64,000 nt of DNA from Acidobacteriota bacterium (GCA_963664705.1 OY761556.1:5312001-5376000), one strand, 5' to 3'; positions 1 through 9,727 are shown, numbered from the stretch's first letter. Made by a program: numbers and translations. Notes: a model not told the origin generated them from the letters alone.

Positions 1-276
1 GCTTTCCAGAAGCTGAACGATGTCGGCGCCGAGCAGTCCGAACAGGGATTCCGCGTCAGACGGTTCACCGGCAAGAAAGAGCTGCAGCAGGACGTCGGCG
101 GCCGATTCGAGGCCGGGAAGCGGAGCGCGAGACTTTCGGTCAAGCGCAAAATCCTCCGCGTGTTCAAGATGGTGCCGCCTGCAGATGTAGCTGTCACTGT
201 AATCAGCAGAGCGGAGAAGTTGGAGGACTTCATCAAAACGGGCGGATCGACCAAAGTCATTTAGATCGAAATCCAT
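1..276 (-). CDS. Partial CDS (runs off the left edge); N-terminus of a probable class I SAM-dependent methyltransferase, apparently paralogous to 13469-14986
   Basis: Not in the ORF track; read manually. ATG at 274-276 overlaps the TAA of the upstream gene (TAATG). Open frame MDFDLNDFGRSARFDEVLQLLRSADY...ADVLLQLFLAGEPSDAESLFGLLG resembles FRQAFVESGY...LNTLARLFLLGVPVS of the 13469-14986 protein. Confidence 0.5.
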   Translation of the reverse strand, partial: MDFDLNDFGRSARFDEVLQLLRSADYSDSYICRRHHLEHAEDFALDRKSRAPLPGLESAADVLLQLFLAGEPSDAESLFGLLGADIVQLLES

Positions 277-2243
277 TACTTCCTCATCAATACCATCACA
301 ACGATCAGTAGGACCAGAATCACTATGATCCCGCCCAAAATCAGGGGAAGCTTGGAATTCCCGGCAGGAGCGGGTACCAGATCGGCCGCAGGCGTGGGAG
401 GAGGCGCTGCTGCCGGCACAGGTGCCGGCTCATCGGCGGGTAGTATGGCTTGAGCGCTGAACATGCGCGTATATTCGCCGGGTCCGGCGGGAGGCTGCGA
501 GGCGGACGGTGCTTCGCCGGCGGATTCGATGCTTGTCGTTCCAAAGAGACGTGTAAATTCCCCGGCGGGAGCCGCAAATGCCGGCGGAGGAGTCGTACTG
601 CCTCCCGGTTGGGGGGCGCCCGGCGCGGCAGGCGTCTGAAACATGCTCGTATATTGCCCCACCGATTCTTTTGCCGGCGGCGGAGGAGTTGTAGGGCCAC
701 CTCCAAACACTTTGGTAAATTGACCTTGCCCGGTGCCGCCCGAAGTCGGAATAGCTCCGGATGGCGCCGGAGCCCGGAACAAACGAGTGAATTCGCCGGG
801 CGCAGATTCAGTGGAAGAAACCACAGGTTTTGGTGGTTCAGGAGCAGGCGGGGGCGCAGCGGGAGGAGCCGCTTTGGCCGCAGGCTCAACCAAGGGAGCT
901 GCCGGAGCCTGGAACAAACGAGTGAATTCACCGGGTGCAGATTCAGGAGATGGAGCCACAGGCTTTGGAGGCTCAGGAGCGGGCGGTCGAACCATGGGAG
1001 GAGCCACCTTGACCGCGGGCTCAACCGAAGGAGCCGCCGGAGCCCGGAACAAACGAGTGAATTCGCCAGGCGCAGATTCAGTGGAAGAAACCACAGGTTT
1101 TGGCGGTTCAGGTGCAGGCGGGGGAGCTGCGGGAGGAGCCGCTTTGGCCGCAGGCTCAACCAAGGGAGCCGCCGGAGCCTGGAACAAACGAGTGAATTCG
1201 CCAGGCGCAGATTCAGTGGAAGAAACCACAGGTTTTGGCGGTTCAGGAGCAGGCGGGGGAGCAGCGGGAGGAGCCGCTTTGACCGCGGGCTCAACCGAAG
1301 GAGCCGCCGGAGCCTGGAACAAACGAGTGAATTCGCCAGGCGCAGGTTCAGCGGAAGAAACCACAGGCTTTGGTGGTTCAGGAGCCGCTTTGACCGCGGG
1401 CTCAACCGAGGGAGCTGCCGGAGCCTGGAATAAACGAGTGAATTCACCGAGCGCCGGTTCGGAAGAAGGCGCCACAGGCTTGGGCGGCTCGGGAGCAGGC
1501 GGCGGAATTGGCGGAGCAACGTTGGTGTCGACCGGGGGGTCAACCGCAGGAGTCGCGGCAACCTGGAATAAGCCGGTAGATATGCCGACCGCAGGTTCCT
1601 CCAAAGCCACATTGGGCTGCGATGGTTCATAAGCCGGAACCGGTTCAGGGTTGATCGCTGCTGCGTCCATGGGAGGATCCGGTTGCTCTATCCGGGAAGG
1701 TCGCGGCGGTGTTGGAACCGGCGTCTCCTCAATCTTTGCGGAAGGTTCTCCCATGGGAGGCGCCGGAGTCTGAAACATCTGCGTAAAGCTGCCCGGAGCC
1801 GGCGGGGCTGCCGGTCGGAGAATATCTTCCTCGGTTTTGGCTGGGCTCTTTGCTATGTCTGCCGGTTTAGCTGCAGAATCCGGCTGTCGCTGCGGAATGT
1901 GCCAGACCCCGGCTTTTGCAAAGACATCCCGCCGCGGGGAGGGTTGCGGTGGAGCCGGAGATCTTGTTTCCGACGTTTTTTCCTTTAGATCCGCGAACCC
2001 ATTCAAGGGCAGGGTGACCACGAAAGGTGTGCCCTGGTTATTGCCGGTTTCAACCAATTCGGGAAAGAGAGTGCGATCAATTTTCCCCAGCCTGTCCAGC
2101 AGTTCAGCTTGCGCTCGGGCCTGGTCCCCGACGAAAAGAAAAACCGTGACCTCTCGCCCGGTGGACAGCTCGCGGGCAGAGAATAACTTCGCTTCGGTGT
2201 CTTCCTTAAGGGATACAAGCTGGTATTTCTCGTCAAAGCGCAT
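276..2243 (-). CDS. Pro/Ala-rich repeat protein with N-terminal protein-kinase N-lobe-like remnant and C-terminal transmembrane anchor
   Basis: ATG 2243 with GGAG RBS. N-terminus YQLVSL..LFSARELSTGREVTVF...ELVETGNNQGTPFVVT resembles Hanks kinase subdomains I-V. Seven exact GEFTRLF motifs plus variants. C-terminal LPLILGGIIVILVLLIVVMVLMRK. Confidence 0.8.
   Translation of the reverse strand: MRFDEKYQLVSLKEDTEAKLFSARELSTGREVTVFLFVGDQARAQAELLDRLGKIDRTLFPELVETGNNQGTPFVVTLPLNGFADLKEKTSETRSPAPPQPSPRRDVFAKAGVWHIPQRQPDSAAKPADIAKSPAKTEEDILRPAAPPAPGSFTQMFQTPAPPMGEPSAKIEETPVPTPPRPSRIEQPDPPMDAAAINPEPVPAYEPSQPNVALEEPAVGISTGLFQVAATPAVDPPVDTNVAPPIPPPAPEPPKPVAPSSEPALGEFTRLFQAPAAPSVEPAVKAAPEPPKPVVSSAEPAPGEFTRLFQAPAAPSVEPAVKAAPPAAPPPAPEPPKPVVSSTESAPGEFTRLFQAPAAPLVEPAAKAAPPAAPPPAPEPPKPVVSSTESAPGEFTRLFRAPAAPSVEPAVKVAPPMVRPPAPEPPKPVAPSPESAPGEFTRLFQAPAAPLVEPAAKAAPPAAPPPAPEPPKPVVSSTESAPGEFTRLFRAPAPSGAIPTSGGTGQGQFTKVFGGGPTTPPPPAKESVGQYTSMFQTPAAPGAPQPGGSTTPPPAFAAPAGEFTRLFGTTSIESAGEAPSASQPPAGPGEYTRMFSAQAILPADEPAPVPAAAPPPTPAADLVPAPAGNSKLPLILGGIIVILVLLIVVMVLMRK
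766..1460. repeat. Intragenic tandem repeat, 135-bp unit (45 aa), about 5 copies with one 111-bp unit
   Basis: AAACGAGTGAATT recurs at 781, 916, 1051, 1186, 1321 and 1432. Confidence 0.95.
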
Positions 2244-2581
2244 TGTTTGCTCCATTTTTGACCATGATAGCAGCAAAAAACCTTTTAATTATAGGGGATT
2301 ATGGGAAAGAAAATTGGCTGAATCCAGCCCGGTTAGGCCAAGGAAGCAAATGCCCGCGCGCCCTGATCTCGACCCGCCCCACCTTTTGCGCAGCCTATCC
2401 AATCCCTGGTTGCGCTACCGGGATAAGATCAACACATTCATTCATTGATTTTGTGATTTTGAGGCCTTACAAAATAGACTAGCATCGCGGAAGAATTGTG
2501 GAGTAATCTCTAATTCCTTACGAGTACTGTCGATAAGTGGATTGCGCGGCTGGCGTCCAGAATTATGCCCGGCGGGAAAAA

Positions 2582-3937
2582 ATGACGAAGCACCTATCGA
2601 GAGTTGTCTGGTCAGAGGGGATGTACCTGGCTCCACACCATTTCCAGGTGCAAAGCAGATATTTCGAAGATTCTATTCACTTTGCTATTTCCGCTCTCTG
2701 CTACGAGCCCTATGGATTCATTGGCTGCGGACTGGATGCCGAGGCGTTGCGCAACGGCACTCTTTCCCTCCTGCATGCCCGAGGGATTCTTCCGGATGGA
2801 ACGCCGTTCCAGATGCCGGACAGCGACCCGCTGCCGCCCGCAAGAAACATAGCGGATTTGTTTCCCCCGACGCGAGACAAAGTGTTGGTTCTGCTGGCGC
2901 TCCCCGAGCGAAAGCCGGGTGGCGGCAACTGTGATCAGCCGCAAGCCCCCGATACGCAAGCCCGTTATAAAGCGGAAACGAAAGCTGTTTCGGATGAGAC
3001 AACCGGACGCGATGAGAAGCCGGTCCTGGTTGGGCAGAAGAACTTCACACTCCTGTTGGATTCGGAAGAGCGCGAAGGAATCCTCGGCATGCCAGTGGCG
3101 CGCATCACGAGGGACGGAACCGGCCATTTTATTTTTGATCCCGACTTTATTCCGCCGCTGGTAACGATAGCCGCCAGCGACTGCCTGATGAATCTGCTGA
3201 AAAGGCTGGTTGAAATACTTGATGAAAAAAGCGCCAGCCTTTCGACCGGCAGCGCCGCCACGGCAAGGACCTGGGCTGAGTATTCCACGCGCGACGTCGC
3301 GCAGTTCTGGCTGCTTCATACCGTGAACTCCGGACTGGCGCCGCTGCGCGAAATGTATACGGGGCGGCATATCCACCCGGAACAGTTATTTGTACAAATG
3401 CTGCGGCTGGCCGGAGCATTGTGTACCTTTGCCATAGAAGCCCATCCGCGTGAATTACCGGTGTACGATCACCTGGATTTGACAGGATGTTTTGGCGCCT
3501 TGGATCATTATATCCGCGCGCATCTGGAAACCGTTGTTCCCACGAATGTGCTTTCGATCCCTTTACAGAAAACCGCGAATTATTTCTACGAGGCGAAAAT
3601 CACAGATCAGCGCTGCCTCGACCGGGCGCGATGGATTTTTTCCATTCGCAGCGCCACCGGCGAGGTGGAGATAATTTCTAAAACGCCCCAGCTGGTAAAA
3701 ATCTGTTCGAAGCTTTTTGTTCCCAAGCTGGTTGAAAGAGCTTTACCCGGGATGGCGCTGACGCATCTCCCCACACCGCCCTCCGCTATTTCCACTCAGG
3801 TCGACGCGCAATATTTCAGTATCAACCGTTCCGGCCCTTGCTGGGAGCATATTGTCCAGACACGGGAGGTTGGAGTTTATATCCCGGGCGAACTGCCCGA
3901 TCCGGAACTCCAATTGTTGGTTATCCTCGAATCCTGA
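2582..3937 (+). CDS. tssK: Type VI secretion baseplate subunit TssK
   Basis: Family-typical N-terminus VVWSEGMYLAPHHFQ, DPDFIPP, HPEQLF, YDHLDL; about 450 aa; followed by tssL and tssM. Confidence 0.93.
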   Translation: MTKHLSRVVWSEGMYLAPHHFQVQSRYFEDSIHFAISALCYEPYGFIGCGLDAEALRNGTLSLLHARGILPDGTPFQMPDSDPLPPARNIADLFPPTRDKVLVLLALPERKPGGGNCDQPQAPDTQARYKAETKAVSDETTGRDEKPVLVGQKNFTLLLDSEEREGILGMPVARITRDGTGHFIFDPDFIPPLVTIAASDCLMNLLKRLVEILDEKSASLSTGSAATARTWAEYSTRDVAQFWLLHTVNSGLAPLREMYTGRHIHPEQLFVQMLRLAGALCTFAIEAHPRELPVYDHLDLTGCFGALDHYIRAHLETVVPTNVLSIPLQKTANYFYEAKITDQRCLDRARWIFSIRSATGEVEIISKTPQLVKICSKLFVPKLVERALPGMALTHLPTPPSAISTQVDAQYFSINRSGPCWEHIVQTREVGVYIPGELPDPELQLLVILES

Positions 3938-3952
3938 TAAGGAGACTCCGCC

Positions 3953-4666
3953 ATGACACCCAACTCCGGTTCTCCCGCCTCGATCCGGCGGCATGAGAAC
4001 CTCGCACTGGTTTTTCAGGAGATCCTGGTCGGCAGCGAACGACTTCGTTCCGGCCGCCTGACTGTTACCGACCCTGCCCTTTTTCGCCAGCAGATCATCG
4101 AAGCCTTGAAGGCTGCGGACCAGCAGGCGCGCAGCCAGGGATACGGTGCCGAGGATATCAAATTTGCTATCTTTGCAGTTGTAGCCTTTGTGGATGAATC
4201 CGTGCTGAATCTTCGGTTGCCCGTCTTTGCCGACTGGCCGAGACGACCGCTGCAGGAAGAGCTTTTCGGCCATCACATTGCCGGGGAGATCTTTTTTAAA
4301 AACCTGCAGGAGCTTCTGGGGAAGAACGACTCGAATGATCTGGCGGATCTTCTCGAAGTCTACCTCCTGTGTCTTCTCCTCGGATTCGCGGGGCGCTATA
4401 GCCTGGGAGATCGTGGAGCTCTCCGGGCGATTACCGAGGCAACCGCCGAGAAGATCAGGCGAATTCGCGGCAGCGTAGGCCCTATTTCGCCTGCATGGGA
4501 ATTGCCGGCAGAAACGCTGCAGGTTTCGGGCGCCGATCCTTGGGTTCGGAAAATCGGCATTGTCGCGGCAGCGTGTTTTGTTTTTGCTCTGATTCTGTTC
4601 ATAGCCTACAAAACCATGCTCGGCTCGGGCATATCCGGCTTGAGCAGCCTTGCTGGAAGGTTCTGA
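3953..4666 (+). CDS. tssL: Type VI secretion membrane subunit TssL (DotU family), no OmpA domain
   Basis: FAVVAFVDESVL, W..RPLQEELFGHHIAGEIFF, EVYLLCLLLGFAGRY; single C-terminal TM helix. Confidence 0.92.
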   Translation: MTPNSGSPASIRRHENLALVFQEILVGSERLRSGRLTVTDPALFRQQIIEALKAADQQARSQGYGAEDIKFAIFAVVAFVDESVLNLRLPVFADWPRRPLQEELFGHHIAGEIFFKNLQELLGKNDSNDLADLLEVYLLCLLLGFAGRYSLGDRGALRAITEATAEKIRRIRGSVGPISPAWELPAETLQVSGADPWVRKIGIVAAACFVFALILFIAYKTMLGSGISGLSSLAGRF

Positions 4667-4679
4667 GGGAGAGACCATC

Positions 4680-7600
4680 ATGAAAATCTACTGGACGGCG
4701 GGCGCTGCACTTGTTGGATATCTGCTCCTGGCATGGGTAACCGAAAGCGTTCTACATCTCGACACGACGCGTTTCTACATCGTATTCGCAATACTTGCGG
4801 CTCTTGGAATCGGAGTAACCGCTGTTTTTCTCTGGCTGTGGAACAAGAAGGAAGGTTCCTCCGGCCAAGGGTCCGGAACCATGGACCGCGATGATGAAAT
4901 TGACGGATTGATTCGCGAAGCGGAAAACCGGCTTGCCGCATCCAATCTTGCAAAAGGCTCCAAGATGGCTAACCTGCCGGTCATCTTTGTCATGGGAGAC
5001 CCGGGCGCCACAAAAACCAGCACCATTGTAAACTCTGGGCTGGATCCGGAACTGCTTGCCGGCAACGTCTACCAGGACACCACTATTGTTTCAACGCGGC
5101 TTGCAAACATCTGGTTTACGCGGGGCATGATTTTTGTCGAAGCAGGGGGGAAACTGCTGACCGATCCTCAAAGATGGAGCCGGCTGCTGCAGCGTTTGCG
5201 TCCGGGTCGGCTGAGTTCTGCCGTACGCAATGAACAAGCGCCGCGTGCCGCTCTGTTGTGTTTTGATGCGGAAACGTTTGTCAGACCGGGATCGACGGAA
5301 GCCGCGAATGCCGCGTCCAGAAATCTACAGAAAAGGCTCGGCGAGATCTCACAGTATTTGGGGATCAGCTATCCGGTCTATGTTCTTTTTACAAAAATGA
5401 ACCGGGTCGCTTTCTTTGAGGAGTTCGTTCGCAACTTTAATAATGAAGAAGCGCAGCAGGTGCTTGGAGCAACGCTGCCGATGCAGACGCAGGCGATCAG
5501 CGGCACCTATGCCGATGAGCAGTCGAAGCGGATCGGCACATATTTCGATGACGTTTTTTATTCGCTCGCTGATCACCGGATCAGCTTGCTGCCGCGTGAA
5601 AACGATGCGCAGAAGCTTCCCGGCGCGTACGAATTTCCACGTGAATTCCGCAAGATGCGGAATGGCATTGTGCAATTCCTTGTGGATTTGTGCCGACCCA
5701 GCCAACTGAATGTCAGCCCGTTCCTGAGAGGTTTCTATTTCTCGGGAGTTCGTCCGATCATTGTTCAGGACACGCCTGTCGAAGCGCCAAGACCCTCAGC
5801 GGCTGCACAGCGCAATCCCTTTGAAGCGGCCGGAACAGCCACGGGGTTTTTCAAGGCGGGAGATTTACCTAAACAGATCCAGACACCCTTGGTTCAATCC
5901 GGGACAGGTACGCGCAAAGTCCCGCAATGGATATTCCTGAACCAGCTTTTCACCGGCATCATCCTTAGAGACAGAACGGCCTTGAGTGCAAGCGGAAGCA
6001 GTACGAGAACCAGCACCCTGCAGCGTGTGCTTCTGGCAGCTGCCGCTGCGCTATTTCTGATCCTCGCCGTTGGGTTCACGGTTTCTTTCTTCGGCAATAA
6101 GGCGCTCGTAAAGGAAATTGCGGACGCAGTCGCCGGGATTCCAGCGGGAGAGGCCAGCGGGATGAATCTCCCAAGCAAGGCCGCGTTGCAGAAACTTGAG
6201 GACTTGAGGATGAGTCTGGTCAAGCTGACCCGGTACGAGGAAGAGGGCGCGCCGCTCGGGCTTCGCTGGTTTCTGTATACAGGCGGGGATCTCTATCCCG
6301 AGGCACGTCGGCTGTATTATACCCGGTTCAACCAGCTGCTTTTCATTCAGACACAGGGGCAAATGCTCGGTAGCCTTAGGATGTTAGCCATTCCGCCGGC
6401 GCCCACGGATGATTACGCCAAAAACTATGACACGCTAAAGGCGTACCTCATCACCACATCGGAAAGCAAGCGCAGTTCAAAGTGGCTTTCTCCCGTACTA
6501 TTAAGCCGCTGGTCTGAAGGAAGAACCATCGATCCCGCTATTCTGCCGCTTGTCGTCAAGCAGTTCGATTTCTATTCGGAAGATCTCGCACGGGCAAATC
6601 CGTTTACGGACAAAAACGATGCCGCAGCTATCGATCGGGCGCGGCAACACCTATCCAGGTTTTCGGGCACGGAACAGATTTACCAGTTCATGCTTGCGGA
6701 TGCTTCGCGTCGGTCCAAGAAGGTCAATTTCAACGAACAGTTTCCCGGCTCCGCAGAGACCGTCATCAACAACCTGGATATTCCCGGTGCCTATACAAAA
6801 GCCGGGTGGACGGCAATGCAGGAAAACCTGGCTAAAGCGGACAAATTCTTTGGCGGCGAGCGATGGGTACTGGGAGACTATGCCGCCGCACAGCCCGATC
6901 TTGCAAAGATGCAGGAGGAACTGCGTGGACGTTATACTGCCGAATATCTCGAAAAATGGCGCGAGTTCATGCGCATCAGCCGCGTGGTTCGGTATAACGG
7001 GTTGAAGGACGCCGTAAAAAAACTGAATGTGCTTTCGGGGGCGCAGACTCCTTTGATGGCTCTCTTCTGGGTAGCCTCGCAGAATACGTCGGTCGGTTCA
7101 CCAAAATTGACGGAAGCCTTTGATTCGGTTCAGAAGGTCGTTCCTCCGCCGGCCACGACGGTCCAATATGTGTGGCCAACGAACCAGGAATATATGGGGT
7201 CCCTGGCGTCGCTGCAGAGCGCAATCAACCAGGTGGCGGATGTTTCCGGTCCTCCGGATCCCAATATCGCTTTGCCGGTGAAACAGAGCGCCGACAGCGC
7301 ACACAATATCGTCAAGAAGATGGGCTATACCTTCAGGATAGATCCGGATGCGCATATAGAGACCGTTACCAGCAAGCTTTTGGAAGCTCCAATTGATTAC
7401 GTCGATGCGTTGACAAAAGGCATGGGCGCCGGGGAAATCAACCTCAAGGCAGGCAGGTTCTGCTCTGATTTTGCGAAGGTCTCCTCCAAATTCCCATTTA
7501 ATCCGACAGCCAAGACGGAAGTGACGCTTCAGGAACTGGGTGCGATCTTCCGGCCACGGGATGGGCAGCTTTGGACGTTCTTCAACGATACGCTTCAGCG

Positions 7601-8144
7601 CTATCTTCAGAAACAAGGGGCTCTATATGTGGCAAACCCATCGGGCAACATTCAGCTGACGCCGGGCTTTATTGCATTTTTTAATGCAGCCGCGCGATTT
7701 TCAGATGCTGTTTATCCCGGCGGCGCCAGCGAGCCGAACTTCCGCTACATTTTGAATCCACAGAAATCGGACCAGATCAAGGAAATGAGCGTTTCGATTG
7801 ATGGTCAGACAACCAAGGGTCAAAAGCAGTATGTCTGGACAGGAAATGCGAACCACAGTGTCCGGATCAGCGCAAAACTCCAGGGTGGATCGGATTTCGA
7901 TTTCCAGGATCGCACGGGAATATGGTCGTTGTTCCATTTCTTTGCGGATGCTGATCGATGGAACCCCAATGGCAATGGATACCTGCTTGAATGGGTTGTT
8001 CGCCAGGGACGAGAAGGGCGGCCGGTAATGGTTGGCGGAAAAGAACTCACCTACCGGTTCGTGGTAGAAACCGGAGGCGCCGCGCCGGTATTCCAGAAGG
8101 AATTTCTCAGCGGAATGAGGTGCACCTCTCAGGCTGTGAAATAG
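4680..8144 (+). CDS. tssM: Type VI secretion membrane subunit TssM (IcmF family)
   Basis: Two N-terminal TM helices, P-loop-like GDPGATKTS, PVYVLFTK, FLRGFYFSG, third TM helix, YDTLKAYL, KFPFNP, GIWSLFHFF; about 1150 aa. Confidence 0.92.
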   Translation: MKIYWTAGAALVGYLLLAWVTESVLHLDTTRFYIVFAILAALGIGVTAVFLWLWNKKEGSSGQGSGTMDRDDEIDGLIREAENRLAASNLAKGSKMANLPVIFVMGDPGATKTSTIVNSGLDPELLAGNVYQDTTIVSTRLANIWFTRGMIFVEAGGKLLTDPQRWSRLLQRLRPGRLSSAVRNEQAPRAALLCFDAETFVRPGSTEAANAASRNLQKRLGEISQYLGISYPVYVLFTKMNRVAFFEEFVRNFNNEEAQQVLGATLPMQTQAISGTYADEQSKRIGTYFDDVFYSLADHRISLLPRENDAQKLPGAYEFPREFRKMRNGIVQFLVDLCRPSQLNVSPFLRGFYFSGVRPIIVQDTPVEAPRPSAAAQRNPFEAAGTATGFFKAGDLPKQIQTPLVQSGTGTRKVPQWIFLNQLFTGIILRDRTALSASGSSTRTSTLQRVLLAAAAALFLILAVGFTVSFFGNKALVKEIADAVAGIPAGEASGMNLPSKAALQKLEDLRMSLVKLTRYEEEGAPLGLRWFLYTGGDLYPEARRLYYTRFNQLLFIQTQGQMLGSLRMLAIPPAPTDDYAKNYDTLKAYLITTSESKRSSKWLSPVLLSRWSEGRTIDPAILPLVVKQFDFYSEDLARANPFTDKNDAAAIDRARQHLSRFSGTEQIYQFMLADASRRSKKVNFNEQFPGSAETVINNLDIPGAYTKAGWTAMQENLAKADKFFGGERWVLGDYAAAQPDLAKMQEELRGRYTAEYLEKWREFMRISRVVRYNGLKDAVKKLNVLSGAQTPLMALFWVASQNTSVGSPKLTEAFDSVQKVVPPPATTVQYVWPTNQEYMGSLASLQSAINQVADVSGPPDPNIALPVKQSADSAHNIVKKMGYTFRIDPDAHIETVTSKLLEAPIDYVDALTKGMGAGEINLKAGRFCSDFAKVSSKFPFNPTAKTEVTLQELGAIFRPRDGQLWTFFNDTLQRYLQKQGALYVANPSGNIQLTPGFIAFFNAAARFSDAVYPGGASEPNFRYILNPQKSDQIKEMSVSIDGQTTKGQKQYVWTGNANHSVRISAKLQGGSDFDFQDRTGIWSLFHFFADADRWNPNGNGYLLEWVVRQGREGRPVMVGGKELTYRFVVETGGAAPVFQKEFLSGMRCTSQAVK

Positions 8145-8177
8145 AAAAGATGAAGCGAGGAGCCAGGAGCCAGGCCA

Positions 8178-9605
8178 TTGCCGGATAAATATGATGTAGT
8201 CAGATATCCCAGTTTCCCGAGGGATCAAAGCCATCCAGCATACATTGCAGCACTGGCGGCTGTCGCAGGGCTGAAAACGCCTCCTGTAGGGCAGTGGCGC
8301 GTTCTCGAAATCGGGTGCGGCGATGCGTCCAATATCCTGCCACTGGCCGTGGAGTATCCGAACGGGCAGTTTGTTGGAGTGGATCGAGCGGCGCAGCCGC
8401 TGAATGTCGGCCAAACACTTGCCCTCGATCTCAAGCTTTCAAACCTCGACTTGATCTGCGCCGATCTGATGGATTGGAAGCCGGGAAGCGAATTCGATTA
8501 TATCGTTGCGCATGGTGTGTTTTCATGGGTTCCGCAGGAAGTCCGGCGGAAGATCCTGCAGCTTTGCAGTGAGAGTCTGAAGCCTGCGGGTATTGCTTTT
8601 ATCAGCTACAATGCCCTTCCCGGCTGCCATTTTCGTCGCTATGTCCGGGATTTGCTTCGATTTCATGTGCGCCGCGATAGTGACCCGGTGTTCCGAATCG
8701 GCAAAGCTCGGGATTTTGCCCGGTTCATGACGGAAATGCACGGCGACGAACCGCTTCAAAATGCCCTGCGGTATGAATTCAATACGCTGCTGGAACGGGA
8801 TGAGACGGCTCTCTACCATGACGACCTGGCCGAGGTAAATGATCCCTTTTATCTAATGGATTTTGTCGGGCTGGCTGCGGAGTATGGCCTCCAGTATCTG
8901 GGAGATGCCGATCCAATCCGTGATGATCTGCAAGGGCACGCGCCATTTGCTGAAAACTGGCTGGAAGCCAGGCAATACATGGATTTCATGACCAGGCGAA
9001 GATTCAGGGAGACGCTGTTATGCAGGCGGGAGATCTCACTGGACCGTTATCTCAGGATGGAATCGCTGAAGGAGATGTATATTGCATCCCGTTTGACACC
9101 GGGCAAGCTGGAAGACGGCGATGTGCAGACATTCTCGTTTCCCAAGGCGGGCACGCTGAGTACGAATAATCCTATCATCCGGGAAATTTTGTTGCGGCTC
9201 TGCAGTATCTGGCCGGCATCGATGCCTGTTTCGGAATTTCCACTCCATGACCAGGATCCCAAGGCGATCGCTGAGCTTCTGATGCAACTGGTCAGGAATA
9301 AGGCATTGGATATAAGGGCCACTCCTCCCCAAATTGCCGACTGGGTAGGCGAACGTCCGCAGGCAAGTGCGCTCGCGAGAATTCAAGTGGCACAGGGTTA
9401 CCCCATGGTAACCAATCAACGGCATCAGAATGTCGAATTGGGCGACGACCGGAGTCGGAAGCTGATCGCCCTTCTGGATGGAACGCGTGATCGTACCGCG
9501 CTGCTGGATGAGCTTGGGTCCTTTGGGGCGGATCGCGCGGAAATCGCTCAAATGCTGGAAAATGCTCTCATTGAACTTCACCGGTGTTGTCTGCTTACCC
9601 GCTGA
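8178..9605 (+). CDS. Class I SAM-dependent methyltransferase with regulatory domain (Rickettsia PKMT-like protein lysine methyltransferase architecture)
   Basis: YDVVRYPSFP..QSHP, RVLEIGCG, FDYIVAHGVFSWVP, ISYNALPG, YHDDL, QYMDF..RRFRETLLC, C-terminal LLDGTRD helical domain. Confidence 0.85.
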   Translation: MPDKYDVVRYPSFPRDQSHPAYIAALAAVAGLKTPPVGQWRVLEIGCGDASNILPLAVEYPNGQFVGVDRAAQPLNVGQTLALDLKLSNLDLICADLMDWKPGSEFDYIVAHGVFSWVPQEVRRKILQLCSESLKPAGIAFISYNALPGCHFRRYVRDLLRFHVRRDSDPVFRIGKARDFARFMTEMHGDEPLQNALRYEFNTLLERDETALYHDDLAEVNDPFYLMDFVGLAAEYGLQYLGDADPIRDDLQGHAPFAENWLEARQYMDFMTRRRFRETLLCRREISLDRYLRMESLKEMYIASRLTPGKLEDGDVQTFSFPKAGTLSTNNPIIREILLRLCSIWPASMPVSEFPLHDQDPKAIAELLMQLVRNKALDIRATPPQIADWVGERPQASALARIQVAQGYPMVTNQRHQNVELGDDRSRKLIALLDGTRDRTALLDELGSFGADRAEIAQMLENALIELHRCCLLTR

Positions 9606-9727
9606 TCCAAGAACGGAATTGCGGTGAAAGGCCAAATGCCTGCATGGGAGGGACTGTGCTAATTCCCTGGCCGGAATAGTTCGATAAATGATATTGGATT
9701 TCTGATGTGAGGGATGTTCGGCCAGAG

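Noticed and set aside
1-260. Alternative minus-strand frame starting at ATG 260 (MTLVDPP...)
   Set aside because: Ser/Arg-rich, non-protein-like composition; the frame from 276 is translationally coupled and resembles a paralog.
766-1460. CRISPR array suggested by regular repeats
   Set aside because: The units are in-frame 135-bp coding repeats with near-identical 'spacers', and no cas genes are present.
341-1632. Long alternative ORFs 341-1630(-), 450-1433(+) and 733-1632(+)
   Set aside because: Stop-free shadow frames of a GC-rich repeat. The 276-2243 frame has an RBS, a domain, a TM helix and coupling to the next gene.
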